Below, piece by piece: positions 13,965-25,453 of a stretch of 64,000 nt of DNA (positions are counted from its first letter, which is position 1; each line of letters begins with the position of its first letter). The DNA is from Albugo candida. Its lineage: Eukaryota. The stretch lies in assembly GCA_040437565.1 (NCBI GenBank), contig JBDOQK010000005.1, positions 248,001 through 312,000 of the forward strand, written 5' to 3'. The position numbers were made by a program, and so were the translations under genes. The notes under the pieces were generated by a model. The model was not told the origin of the DNA, made no database searches, and saw only the letters and a list, made by a program, of their open reading frames with translations.

Positions 13965-14182
13965 TTCAGTGTCCCCATATTTCAGATTATAGTGGCTTGT
14001 TGTACCAGTATTGGGTAATGCCCCGCGATCTCATCAGCAATAGACACTCGCACGTCATCATGGTGAAGACCGACTCTTTTGATGGGTGATAGAAATGCCC
14101 GCAGGAGAATTGGCTAATATTGATTCGCAGAGATACCATTTTGAAGGTGCTCTGATTGGTTAGCGTTCATCTGTCGAGGTAG

Positions 14183-16127
14183 ATGGCTCTAGGGTCGTAT
14201 AAGCACGATAAAGAAGAGTTTGTAAGTCATAATAATGGGACCACAGCTTTTGAGGTTTTCCAATTGTTCTTGTTGATGCCTGTAAGTGCGACATCAATAA
14301 TAATTGCTTCGACCGTATGTGAGGGAGTGATGCAACTAGGGAACAGTATGGCTGTACTCTGAATTGATGCTATGGCTCGAACTAAATGGCGTTGGCCCTT
14401 GGAAAAGAAAAAATCCTGTACGCTGCAAGTCTTACGTATTGTACGACGGGTACTGAATAGATGTGGTTTTACATTATGTAGCCTATGCTTCTTACAGCGT
14501 TGGTGGAATTGGGATTGCTTGTAATGCCCACTCTTTTGATTTTTACAGCAACTGAACTTGCGACTCCGCTCGTATTGACGGTGTACATACTGGCATTCGC
14601 CCTGAATCGACGACTTAATGATCGGATGTGGAATAACGTGATTGTTGATCGCATAAAAAGCTTGGCTCGGCTGACGCAGAAGCAAGTGCCGTTTGTTACT
14701 TGCTTTCGATCACAATTGATGATCTCAACGTAAGCTATAACTTCGCTGGTATTTCTTTGGGTACGCTGATTCTGACTATTTATACAGTTGCATAGCCATT
14801 TTGGCAGTAGATTTTCAAGTTTTTCCTCGACGTCTAGCTAAGACCGAAACTTTCGGCTTCAGTGTGGTAGATTATTTCAATTCCAATGACCAGGTGGAGT
14901 ACGTGACAGTGTAATTCTAGATGGACATTGGTGTTGGGAGTTTCTTGTTGTCCTCTGGACTTGTCTCGCCATTCTCGAGAAATGTTGAGACCATACGCGG
15001 AAAAATGCGATCGCAAATGGCGAGATCATATACCAGACGACTTTACAATTGGATACGACCTATCATAGCTGTGTTGGTGATGGGATTCGCTCGATTTTGG
15101 GTGGTCAAAGCGGTGAATTATCAGGTTTGCGTGTCAATATGTATTGTAACAGCTTGATCTAACAAAAGTGGTACAGGAACACGTAAGCGAGTACGGAGTG
15201 CATTGGAACTTTTACTTCACTCTTGCCACAGTATACGTGCTACATTCCTTTCTCGAAAACTTGGGTAATTGGGCAGTTTCTCCCTTGTCCGCACTAGCAC
15301 TTCTCGTTGGTAAGATGCCTTGTTGGTGTTTCATGTCACTAGTTTGATCTCATATCACATTTACTAAACAATAGGCTACCAGTATTTTCTTACAAACTTG
15401 GGTGGTTCTGATCTCATTTTGCATGCTCCCAGAACGAATTGGTTGCTGCAGAATCGAGAAGGCATTTTGAGTATCATAAGCTACGAATCCCTTTATTTAT
15501 TTGCAACAGCAATTGGACGATGGATTTTCAGTACCTCCAAAATGGACAATTTGAAAGGTTCTAGAGAATCAGCACCTCGGCTGCTGCTTGTTTCGATCGT
15601 TTTGGCAATAAGTTGCTGGATTTCCACCATCATGATTGAGCTACCGTCGAGGCGGATGGTGAGAAGTCAATTTGATTTTGTGGAAAAAACACAGCTTAAT
15701 TCACACTGCTTAGGTGAATCTTCCATACGTGCTTTGGGTTCTGGCCACCGCAGTCTTTCTTCTGTCCGCATACAGTTACATTTATGCGTACAGGTTCGTG
15801 TATCTGTTCCATTCCTATACATTGGTACGATTTTCAGGGCCGTACTGTCTTAGTGCATTTCCACGAGTACCGCTACTCTTTGCAGGAATCAGCCAAAACT
15901 TACTGCTCGTCTTCCTCATTGTACTCCAGCGCTCCATGTCCTTGTCGATTTCGCTGTCTTACTCTTATTTCTCACAGGCAAATATCCTGACGGGAGTGGT
16001 CAATCTAAGCATGCAGACAATTTACGCTTCGTCAGTTGTGGCTTTTGCGGTTCTTTCTGTCTATCTTACGACATTATCGATCCTTGCATGCACTTTGAAG
16101 TGGTTTGACATCCGTTGTCGCCTGTAG
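14183..16127 (+). CDS. PIGW: GPI inositol acyltransferase PIG-W / Gwt1
   Basis: [16 protein letters not shown] start, [67 protein letters not shown] and [11 protein letters not shown] motifs across multiple exons. Confidence 0.95.
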
Positions 16128-16197
16128 CTTATAAAACCGCTCAATATATCTTTTTTGGTAGTCTATCTTGTGAACCGTCGGGCATTCTTAACGACGC

Positions 16198-17907
16198 ATG
16201 GCTCCTTGTCTTGTGTCTGGGAACTCTAAGGAGGATGTGCGGCATCCGAGTCATACTTTGAGCTCGCGAAAAGGTTTAATAAGTAGCGCAACACGCTTAA
16301 AGGAACAAGAGAAAGCTGTGCCGGCAAAATGCTTGTATACTTGGCAAGAGGTTGCAGAGCACAACACTAGAGAAAGCGCATGGCTGATTGTACGAGGGAA
16401 GGTATACGATGTAACTAGTAAGTCATCTTGAAGTGCAGCATTGCATGATTATCATTTTGGCGTTTTCAGAGTGGGCGACACGCCACCCTGGAGGCGAAGA
16501 GTTCATCTGGATGCATGCTGGAAGGGAATGCACAGCAGCGTTTGATTCTTACCATCCGTTCAGCCAAGTGGCGAGCACGACTTTGCAGAAATATGTGATT
16601 GGGGATTTGATAGGGCAGACAGAATTCATTACATATCCACAAGACTCCGGATTCTATCGCGAATGCTGTGAGCGAGTCAAAGAGTACTTTCTTATCAACA
16701 AGCTGGACCCAAAAACTATTACACCTGGAGCTTGGAGAACCCTTATGCTTCTATCACTTGCAGTTGTCGCCTACTTTGGCATGCACAAGAAATTCTTGAT
16801 CAATGGCAATATCACAACTCAGTGCTTTTGGGCGATTCTATTTGGGATCATTCAAGCCCTGACACTTTTACATATAATGCATGATTGCTCTCACGCGGCA
16901 CATTCCAAGAGTCCATTTTGGTGGAAATTCATGGGTCGGGTATCTATGGACTGGTTTGCGGGTGCTAGTATGATTGCCTGGCAACATCAGCACGTTCTTG
17001 GACATCATATTTATACAAATATAGCGAGTGCGGATCCGGATCTACCCAGCGATTTTGATAGGGATTTGCGGCGTATTGTCGCACTTCAAACAAAAAGAGC
17101 CTTTTACCGTTATCAGCACATTTATTTACCACCACTTTATGGACTACTTGCGTTAAAGGTCCGATTGCAGGACTTTTACGAGCTCTTCTTGATGTAAGCC
17201 GCATTTTCTGACTGACTGCTGCTTTGATGTATTGACAAACTCAAATTTAGTCGGTCTAATGGACCAATTCGTGTCAATCCTATCAACTCAATCGATTCTA
17301 TAGCATTGCTTGCTTCGAAGGCTTGCTGGGTCATCTATCGGATTTGGGTCCCGCTTTATATGTTCAATATAGCTGCCTCTACATTTTGGAGCATTTTTTT
17401 GCTCACAGAGTTTGTTACGGGTTGGTATTTGTCTCTCAATTTCCAGGTACGTGGTGAAACATGGAAGCATCGTATCTTGCGCATTTCACATATTCGTGTT
17501 AGGTGAGCCATATTTCAACAGCATGCACTTTCCCAAATGGAACCAAATCAAAGTCAGAAGGACAAGATGAATGGGCTATCTCGCAAGTTAAAACGTCTGT
17601 CGACTATAGTCACAATTCCGCATTGGTGACCTTCCTATCAGGAAGCCTTAATTACCAAATCACGCATCATCTCTTTCCAAGTATATCCCAGGTAAACACA
17701 CTATATAATCATGCGCACTTGACCGCTCATTATGTGTCTGTCTAGTATCATTATCCAGCAATCGCACCAATTATTATACAGCTTTGCAAGAAGTACAAAT
17801 TGCCATACTGTGTATTACCTTCCTTCACGTCGGCTATCCGTGCACATTTGAAGCATTTAAAAGAAATGGGGAGACTTGGACAAGGAGTGGAATTACATAT
17901 GGGATAA
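16198..17907 (+). CDS. Front-end fatty acid desaturase with cytochrome b5 domain (delta-5-type)
   Basis: HPGG haem motif; His boxes HDCSH, HQHVLGHH and QITHHLFP; C-terminus LHMG*. Four introns. Confidence 0.92.
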
Positions 17908-18123
17908 AAGATTGCCGAGAATATCGAAGTCTGATTGCAATTATGCAAATATAGCGTGAAATAATGTGTGCAAAATCACTAAAACCTTAAAGGTCATGCA
18001 CCCTGCATGTGGCTTGCGACGCGGGCTGCACGCGGTCCATCGAAGAGTAAGACTACAGACTGATGAAGCGCATGCTACATCACTGTCAACGTTCGTACAA
18101 GAATTGGCCTAGCATTCTCGAGA

Positions 18124-19857
18124 TTATTGAGCTTTCTTATTTGCAGAGCGTGCCGCCTTGAATCTCGAAACTCGTTGAACAACTTGCTACAGAATGAGTG
18201 CACTTTAGAGTTGGTGAGTGAGATCGCCTGCAAATAACGTTACCGCCTCTCCTACAGGCTCAAATGTAATGGTGTTGCCTGCCACATTGTTACCATGATA
18301 TCGACGAGCCGGTAGCCCGCTTTGAGAATGGTTTTCTTCACTGACTCCAACCGCAACGGACTTTTGTATTTCGACGTGTTCACGCTCGATAACGTCACCC
18401 TTAAATGCTGTATTGCACGGAGTGGAGCAAAAGGTGGACTGCAGTTCAGATCTTTCGTCTTTCTCGTCTTCATAGGGTATGTCGACGGCTCTATATACCT
18501 TACCACGGTTCGCTGGTGATACAGGTGCACACGCTGCTGTTTTTGGCGAATTCTCAACTCCAGCTTTCTCCCGCATTAAATCTGCTTGACACTTTAATTT
18601 TGCGTCAGAAGGGCATAACGTAAAAGCCTCATCAAACGCAGCAGCTGCTTGAGTGTATTTTTCCAGAGAAGCTAGAGCCACAGCTTTCCGATAGTAGCCT
18701 TTCACCCAAGTTGGCGAAATTCGAATAGCGGTTTCTGCATCCTCTAGCGCTTCTTTATACCTTCCGATCCGTACTTTCGCCGCAGACCGATTGCCATATA
18801 GTATCTACAACTCATGGGATACATTTGTCCAACCAGTCCAACATTGATAACACCAAAATCACAGTCAACTTACATGTGAATTAGCTTCCAGCGAGATGGC
18901 TTGTGTGTAAAGTTCAATAGCTTCGTTGTAATTGCTTGAGGCAAAAGCACGATTACCCTGTTTCTTAAGAGATGCACAGGCCAGGACTGAATCCTCCATT
19001 TCGACCATTGATTCATTTCGCGACTTGGATGCTGCCTCGAATGCTTCCAATTCTTCCATTCTCTTCATCATGTCGTCCCTGAAATGTGTAGCCTTCTCAG
19101 TTTGCGAACCAGATTATTTGATATCGAAAAACACACCAGTTCCAAGTTCGAGATTCCTCTCGCCTCCTTTCTTCATTCTCAATCTCGAAATATTCCGAAT
19201 AGTCTTCTTCGCGAAGACCGGTGATGTCGATTTGCTCGCTCTCTTGTTCTGTTTCGTGAATCTCACGAATATTTTCAGCCTCATATACCTACTTATTCAT
19301 TGAATTGATCAAACTTTGTTGCCGCGTATTATATGAATATGGATATGTAATGCACATAACGTACTTGTTTTGATAGAAGAAGCTGCTCCAGGTCTTTAAT
19401 TTTGTTATCTAGCTCATCTAAACGATGCTCCTGCATGGATAGCTGGGCTCTAATATCTTCAACAATGTGAAATGACTCTGTGGACTTTTGAACGTTATAC
19501 ATTCAAGTACTTTTTTTTCGACGTTCAATCATTTCTGCGGCGTCATGGGCCGATCGCCATATGAAATGCTGGTGGTCTCCAAGAGAGCACAGAATCTCAT
19601 TGGATCGCTTAATGATCCCAGGGACCATTGCATGCTTTCCCAAAGGGATCATTATTCGATGACTCAGTTTCAATGGAAGCGTACTGATGGTTCTTGCGAC
19701 ATCATCATGAGTCTCGATGTCACCTTCCAGTGAGATAATCGACTGCTTCGTTTGCTTGAGTTCCTGTCGTATTTTACATATGCTGTAAGTAAGTAATCTT
19801 GCCACTATGTTCGGTGATACGCTTCTTAAACCGAGATAATTACCTCTTGAAGCGCAT
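18124..19857 (-). CDS. URI1: URI/Bud27 unconventional prefoldin with an internal 3-repeat TPR domain
   Basis: Prefoldin-alpha motif IMIPLGKHAMVPGIIKRSNEILCSLGD...SAHDAAEMIERR, then ENIREIHE, WDDMMKRMEELE, TPRs, AFKGDVIERE and C-terminal RVSRFKAAR. Six GT-AG introns give a continuous frame; start codon uncertain. Confidence 0.85.
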
Positions 19858-21099
19858 ATTGGCTTCCGAGTCTACTGTGACATATTGGCGTCATTGGGAT
19901 TTTAAAACACTTGACGCTATTCGCTCAGGCAACGCATTGGCTGAAAATCGATCAAAGTTTGATTTGGAGAATGTCATTCATAATCGCAGTAGTTGATACT
20001 CAGTCGTGTACTTCTATAGAACCTGACTGAGTCAGACATCAAGAACAAAATATTGACTACATCTTTTATTCATCAATTTGATTAATGTATGTGTCAATAA
20101 GCGGCGAGTTCTGTATTTTCATCCCGCGAATAATTCGGCCGGTGAACAAATGCCGGACTCGAAGGCTGACATGATACCGATAAAAATTTATACTGAATGC
20201 GGTTCAATGTAATCACGACATAGACACGTGGAGGAACGTATCATGATGGAGAAATGAAGAAGGGGAGAGTTATTATGATGACTTCCAGGCCACCACTTGA
20301 AGAGATCATGTCGATGCACTGTTTCGCCAACAACCAATGGTGATGTTCCGTTTTTCTCTATCTGGAACTGGTAACTTTTTCAGCTGACCCAACTCGTCAT
20401 TTTCTGATCGGTGACGATGAGCATGACGATGGAGTTTTCAACTTTGAAGAAGGATGCATGCCGAAAATTACATCGTGCCATTCGAAAAGATGCTTTAATC
20501 GGAATGTTTGTGTCAATGATTAAACGAAAGAGTTTCATTACTTTGATACAAAAGTTATGAGAATGGTCGAATTTTATATCCTATCTACCATATATCCACT
20601 CCTGATCTGAAGTAATCCGGCGGTCAACCTAAAAATATCATTTTTTCTAAGTTGTGACCCTTATGGAGTATTGCCGCCGTTGTCTTGTTTAAATGAAGAA
20701 GAAGCCATGGATCATTTTCTGTTAGATTACGCTGCAAAGGTAGCAGGTACCGAACGAAGGCCGACAAGATATAGACTGGAGAGAGCTACGGAAAAGGTAA
20801 ACGGATGAGTATAAAAGGAACCCGGGCTTGTATCGAAGAAGTTCAAATTGGATCAGTTCACAACCAAAGATTTGGCCAAGACCCGATATTTCGATTAGAG
20901 GCACTCTAAACGCTTGACCAAATACAGTCAAATATATTGAATCCAAGACAAGCTTTGTGAAATGCAGTAGGGAAAGCATGTTCCAAAAGATTTACAAAAA
21001 GTGAATTTTCAAAGATCACACAGACTACTCAGTGTATGAGTCCAAAATCTGATGATGATGTAGATTCATGCGGCTATAGCTTGAAATTACATGCATTAT

Positions 21100-21740
21100 C
21101 TTGGGTCAATGCAAATATTTTTCCTGAACCTCTTTGAGCTTTGTATGATAAGATTCTGTGAAGAGATGCAGCAGTTGAAAATGAAAAAGACACTCATAAA
21201 CATACGCAGCAGCTAATAACAAGCAGCCTCAGCATGTGACCATTGTGCGCTACTCATCCACTTTCATTTGATGCACCCAAAAGTGGTGTCGGTGTCAGAG
21301 CCCGTCAACTGTAGCATTAGTCAGAAATACTCCCGAGAATTTCATAGTGAATATATATCGGCGCTTACTGCATATACCACGGGATAGCGCGCTTTCTGGT
21401 ATCCACATCGAGCAACAATAAGCCATTATTTTCTAACTCAATGCAAGGCGTGGCAACGTCCACATCATTTCGGCTCATGGCTCTCGCATCACGTTGTGCA
21501 CAATGCAAATACTTCAGCTGGACAAAACCTTTTCGAAACCGAAATTTTTTTGTCCAGTTTGATATGAGAAGCCATACCAATGCAGCTGCTTTACTTGATT
21601 CATCCAAGAGTTTTCTACGGATTGTTGGTCTCCCTGTTTCTTTGTATCTCTTTCCCTCCTGAACTTGCTCAAACTAGCTTTATCAGTGTCAAATTGAATT
21701 TATATTTGGTTTGTACAACTGCACCATGGGATGTTTTCGA
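21100..21740 (-). mobile_element. Possible highly degraded pogo/CENP-B-type DNA transposase relic
   Basis: Fragments KFRFRKGFVQLKYLHCAQRDARAM (resembles the F.xS.GW...HGEA region) and LTQDNAC (resembles LxxDNA of DDE_1), interrupted by stops. No TIRs seen. Confidence 0.3.
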
Positions 21741-22816
21741 AGTTGAAGAGCCATCTCATCCACATGTATCCACTCACATCAGCAAGACTCGCATCGGTTG
21801 CGCAGCATGTCAGCTGAATCTGAAACGGTTGATACTAGAGTCTGTATATTACATGACTCGAATGCGTGTAGATGTACTCTTTCTTGCAACTTGCACTGGT
21901 AAGAAAAACTTGGTAATAAATTTAAAAATTCCTTTTGATTACTCTCCTAAAGTCAGACAAATTGTAGTATTTGCTTTTTGATATGCCAACCTCAGACTCA
22001 GAATCGCTTCAATCATTTCGTCACTCCACTTTCATGCCTTTGTATTCCATTCGCTTGTATACCCGTGATGCATGTATTGTAGAATGCCAAATAAATTGTT
22101 CACATAAACGCTGTTGATCCCAGAGTGTCTTGCAATTCCGCTCTGACCAAATCGAAGCCATTTGACCGCGAGGATCAGTCGCATGAACAACAGACGAGCA
22201 TTTTTATCTCAATGTGCGTATAAAAGTTAATTTCGAAAACTTGATGATGGTCATCAATCTCAATCGCTTGACTATTTCAAGAATCTATATACCGACCATG
22301 TACACAGTGTACAGGTAACGCAGAAAACGGTTCCTGAACGACTAGCGGCCCTACCAAATTCACTTTTCTTTTCTAAAAAACTTTTTTCAGAGCATCTTGT
22401 TCCCTTCTGCATAAACTCTACAGCTTTTATTGAGCATCTTCACATATCTATCGTGAAGTATATCCCGATCATATCATCAAAAAAATCCAGAATTGATTGG
22501 GTCTGATAACCTGATGTGTGCCTTTATAGAAGTAGACGTTATGCACGTACATCTTGGAATAGAGTTACAAGTAAAAGTAAATACATCCAGCGTTGACCTT
22601 GTTCGTCAACACTACAGCATGTATTGTCAACGGCATTGCAACTTGACGATGTCAGGTTTCATATGGCGTCAGTCTGGTTCTCCCATCATCTTACGATGGT
22701 CCATCTGTCAAGTTGTCACCAAATAGACAATTGGGTGAGGTCGGACTTAACCTGTAATGGGTCTTGCAGCTGTTACTCAGACCCTTGACGACCTGTCAGA
22801 AATGACATCTTCTAAC

Positions 22817-23290
22817 ATTCCTTAACGTCATCGGGATGGCCCTTAATTTCCGACGCAGGTCCGAAATCCTTGGCGCTAGTAGTGCCTTCGTCAACAGATC
22901 CGCAATCATACGATCTGACTTGTCAAAGCTTGGCTACACAAAATTAGCTTGAGCGTGCCGACAGAGTAACTTAAAAACGAATGTCGAAATGTCTCACGCT
23001 CGCGGTAATCTTCTCGTTATCCAATTGCTCTATCGCCACTTGATTGTCCATTCACATCGACATCGGCTCACTACCTTTCATTTCCACTTCGCCAAACAAT
23101 TCCCTCATCCCTGGAAGCTCACGACCAGCATGCGACGCAGCAATGAACTCCGCCTCCATGGGTCTAAGCGAGACACCAGTTAGCTTCTTGCACGTCCACG
23201 ATACCACTGCACCGTCCATCGTCAGCACGCATCCTGGCACTCACTATCTATCCGACTCATCCGCGGCAAAGTCCACGTCGCTCCAGCTTC
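22817..23290 (-). mobile_element. Ty1/copia LTR-retrotransposon remnant (RNase H region, degenerate PPT and start of 3' LTR)
   Basis: DVDFAADESDR..GCVLTMDGAVVSWTCKKLTGVSLRPMEAEFIAASHAGREL...MDNQVAI...RHFDIRF with stops and frameshifts, followed by purine-rich TAAGGAA and TGTTAG at ~22817. Confidence 0.88.
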
Positions 23291-23299
23291 AATCTTGGT

Positions 23300-24270
23300 G
23301 GTTGGCTTGTACTGTTGGCTCATAGCTTCAACGACTTCGTCTCATTCAGATATCGCGCAATTTGCTTGACCACCTTTCAGTCCCTCATCTTCGNNNNNNN
23401 NNNNNNNNNNNNNNNNNNNNNNNNNNNNNNNNNNNNNNNNNNNNNNNNNNNNNNNNNNNNNNNNNNNNNNNNNNNNNNNNNNNNNNNNNNNNNTTCCGCG
23501 TTAAATTCCATATTAGCTTGTTTCATTGCTTGATCTATTCTTGATCTCTTTAGTGTTGATGTTGCTGTCGGTGACGAAGCTCCATCTTGGCTATAAGAAC
23601 CGTTTGCGTTCCCGTCAATTCTCTAGTCTTCAGATCGTCCCTGTGCTTGATCTCGATCATTTTGTTTTGCTGGTGCTTCATGAAAAATTGAGCTCCTCTA
23701 GCATCGCCTTTGATCTTGACAACTCTTGCTTGAGTAAAGTACGTCCATCCATTAGCTCCTTCAGCTTATATCCGTCCTCTTTGCGCGTCTTTAAAGCATA
23801 TGCCAGCTTGCGTTGAAAAAATTTGTTGCGTTAACCGGACACTTCCAGCCTCTTGTTGAGCTCTTGCACATCGGCTTTGAGTGTACGGATTTGTTCAGTG
23901 TTTTGAAGTTGAGCTGTCTTATCGTCCAGGGAGCGTGTCAACTGCACGTTCTCATTCTTGAGCTGTTTGGATTTCCTTAGTGGTGGCTGAACTGCTGATG
24001 TTGGATCTGTCGGCATGACTGAGTTCGTGTGGCTGTCGACACCGAAGATACTCTTGCTCCGGAGCCCGCTACCTCACGCACAACCACACGCAATACCGGG
24101 TATCGACCATTAGGCGCTGTTGAAGATGCTCGTGAAGTTGAGCCACGTTGGACGTCGTTGCATTTCTTGGTACGCTAGGTCGTGCTGTAGGTGTCCTTGG
24201 CGACGGTGAACTCACGCGCTCTATCGACGGCCGCTGCTTGGTTGTTGACAGCACTGGAGTCATCATTGAT
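23300..24270 (-). pseudogene. Disrupted coiled-coil protein fragment
   Basis: Heptad-rich reading (LKNENVQLTRSLDDKTAQLQ...LKELMDGRTLLKQELSRSKAMLEEL) with in-frame stops; spans gap 23394-23493. Confidence 0.4.
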
Positions 24271-24784
24271 GGTGTTCGCGATACTTATACCCCGCCGACA
24301 CGTTTCATGACTGCCGGTATTGCACGAAGAATTGGTGCGTTTCTGAGAAGATTTGCCGCTGTGGTATTTCCTATTCGCTGCATTTTGATACAGTTAATAT
24401 CTATAATCATGAAAAAGAGCAATAAAAGAAAAGTATTGACCTCAACTCGCGAGTCTCTTAGCTTGATTCTGCATGCTGATTAAAGACATCGTAAACGCCG
24501 CGCTTGCAACCGTTGGAGTCGGAACCAGATGAGAATCGACAGATGAGACGTATACAATGAGTGTATCTCATTTGGTGTGTCTTTTGCAATGAGTGAATTG
24601 ATGCAAAGAACACACAAAATGGGATATACGCATTGATTACATGCAACCTGTAACGGCCTTACACGTCGGGAAAGCTGTTGCGAAATAGTTACTTTCCGTT
24701 TAATTACGATTTTGTGTGATTCTCGGCAATAAATTCTGCGAAAGATTACCCATATTACTTATCAAGGTGTCAATCCTTGACATA

Positions 24785-25344
24785 ATGAGCGATCAATGGA
24801 GTGCCTCATTAGTTCAGACTGCCGTTGCGTATCTCAAAGAGCGTGATGGGGCAGTTGATGAAAGTATCGGGCTCATTTTCGCAGTGCTTCCTCAGAAAGA
24901 AATGGAATTAGTTTACAAAGCTGTAACTATGGTTGAAAAAGCTGTCGTCACACGCATGGTTGCGTCTCCAAGTCAACGTGCTTTTTTCCAAGTTACATCT
25001 ACGGTTTGTTCACGTGATTCAATCGACCCAAACGCGATTTCAGAGCGAAAAAAAGTTGTGAACGTGTGCTTTGAGCATTTTTGCACATGCTATACATTTA
25101 TCCATACAACCATCAAATGCCCGATAGCAATGGTGAGCTTTACTATACTTGCGCGCGCAAAAACTAACGAATTTGTATTTTTTGGTCAATTGTCAAGTGC
25201 GAGCACATCATTGCGGTAAAATTAGCAGAAGCGACTAAGAAAGTTCACGTTTTACAGATCCGAGACACGGAATATCCAGCTTTGCTGCTTCAGGAATGTG
25301 TAGGCGAATCTCTCCCGACCAATACCACAAGCGATCCTATGTAA
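24785..25344 (+). CDS. ZSWIM7: SWIM zinc-finger protein, SWS1/ZSWIM7-like (homologous recombination)
   Basis: SPSQRAFFQV, then CFEHFCTCYTF...MCEHIIAVKLA (CxC-Xn-CxH) across one intron at ~25132-25197; short protein. Confidence 0.8.
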
Positions 25345-25453
25345 AGTCTGTTTGTATGGTGCTTATCAAGGCAAGCGTGAAGCTTGATTTTCCAAATAGA
25401 TCAAGTAGGTATGCAACTAATGTCTTCATCTAGGCACATTCGTAGGTCTCTGC

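Noticed and set aside
20200-20700. Possible gypsy protease relic (HDVIFGM on minus strand)
   Set aside because: A single short motif with no supporting neighbours.
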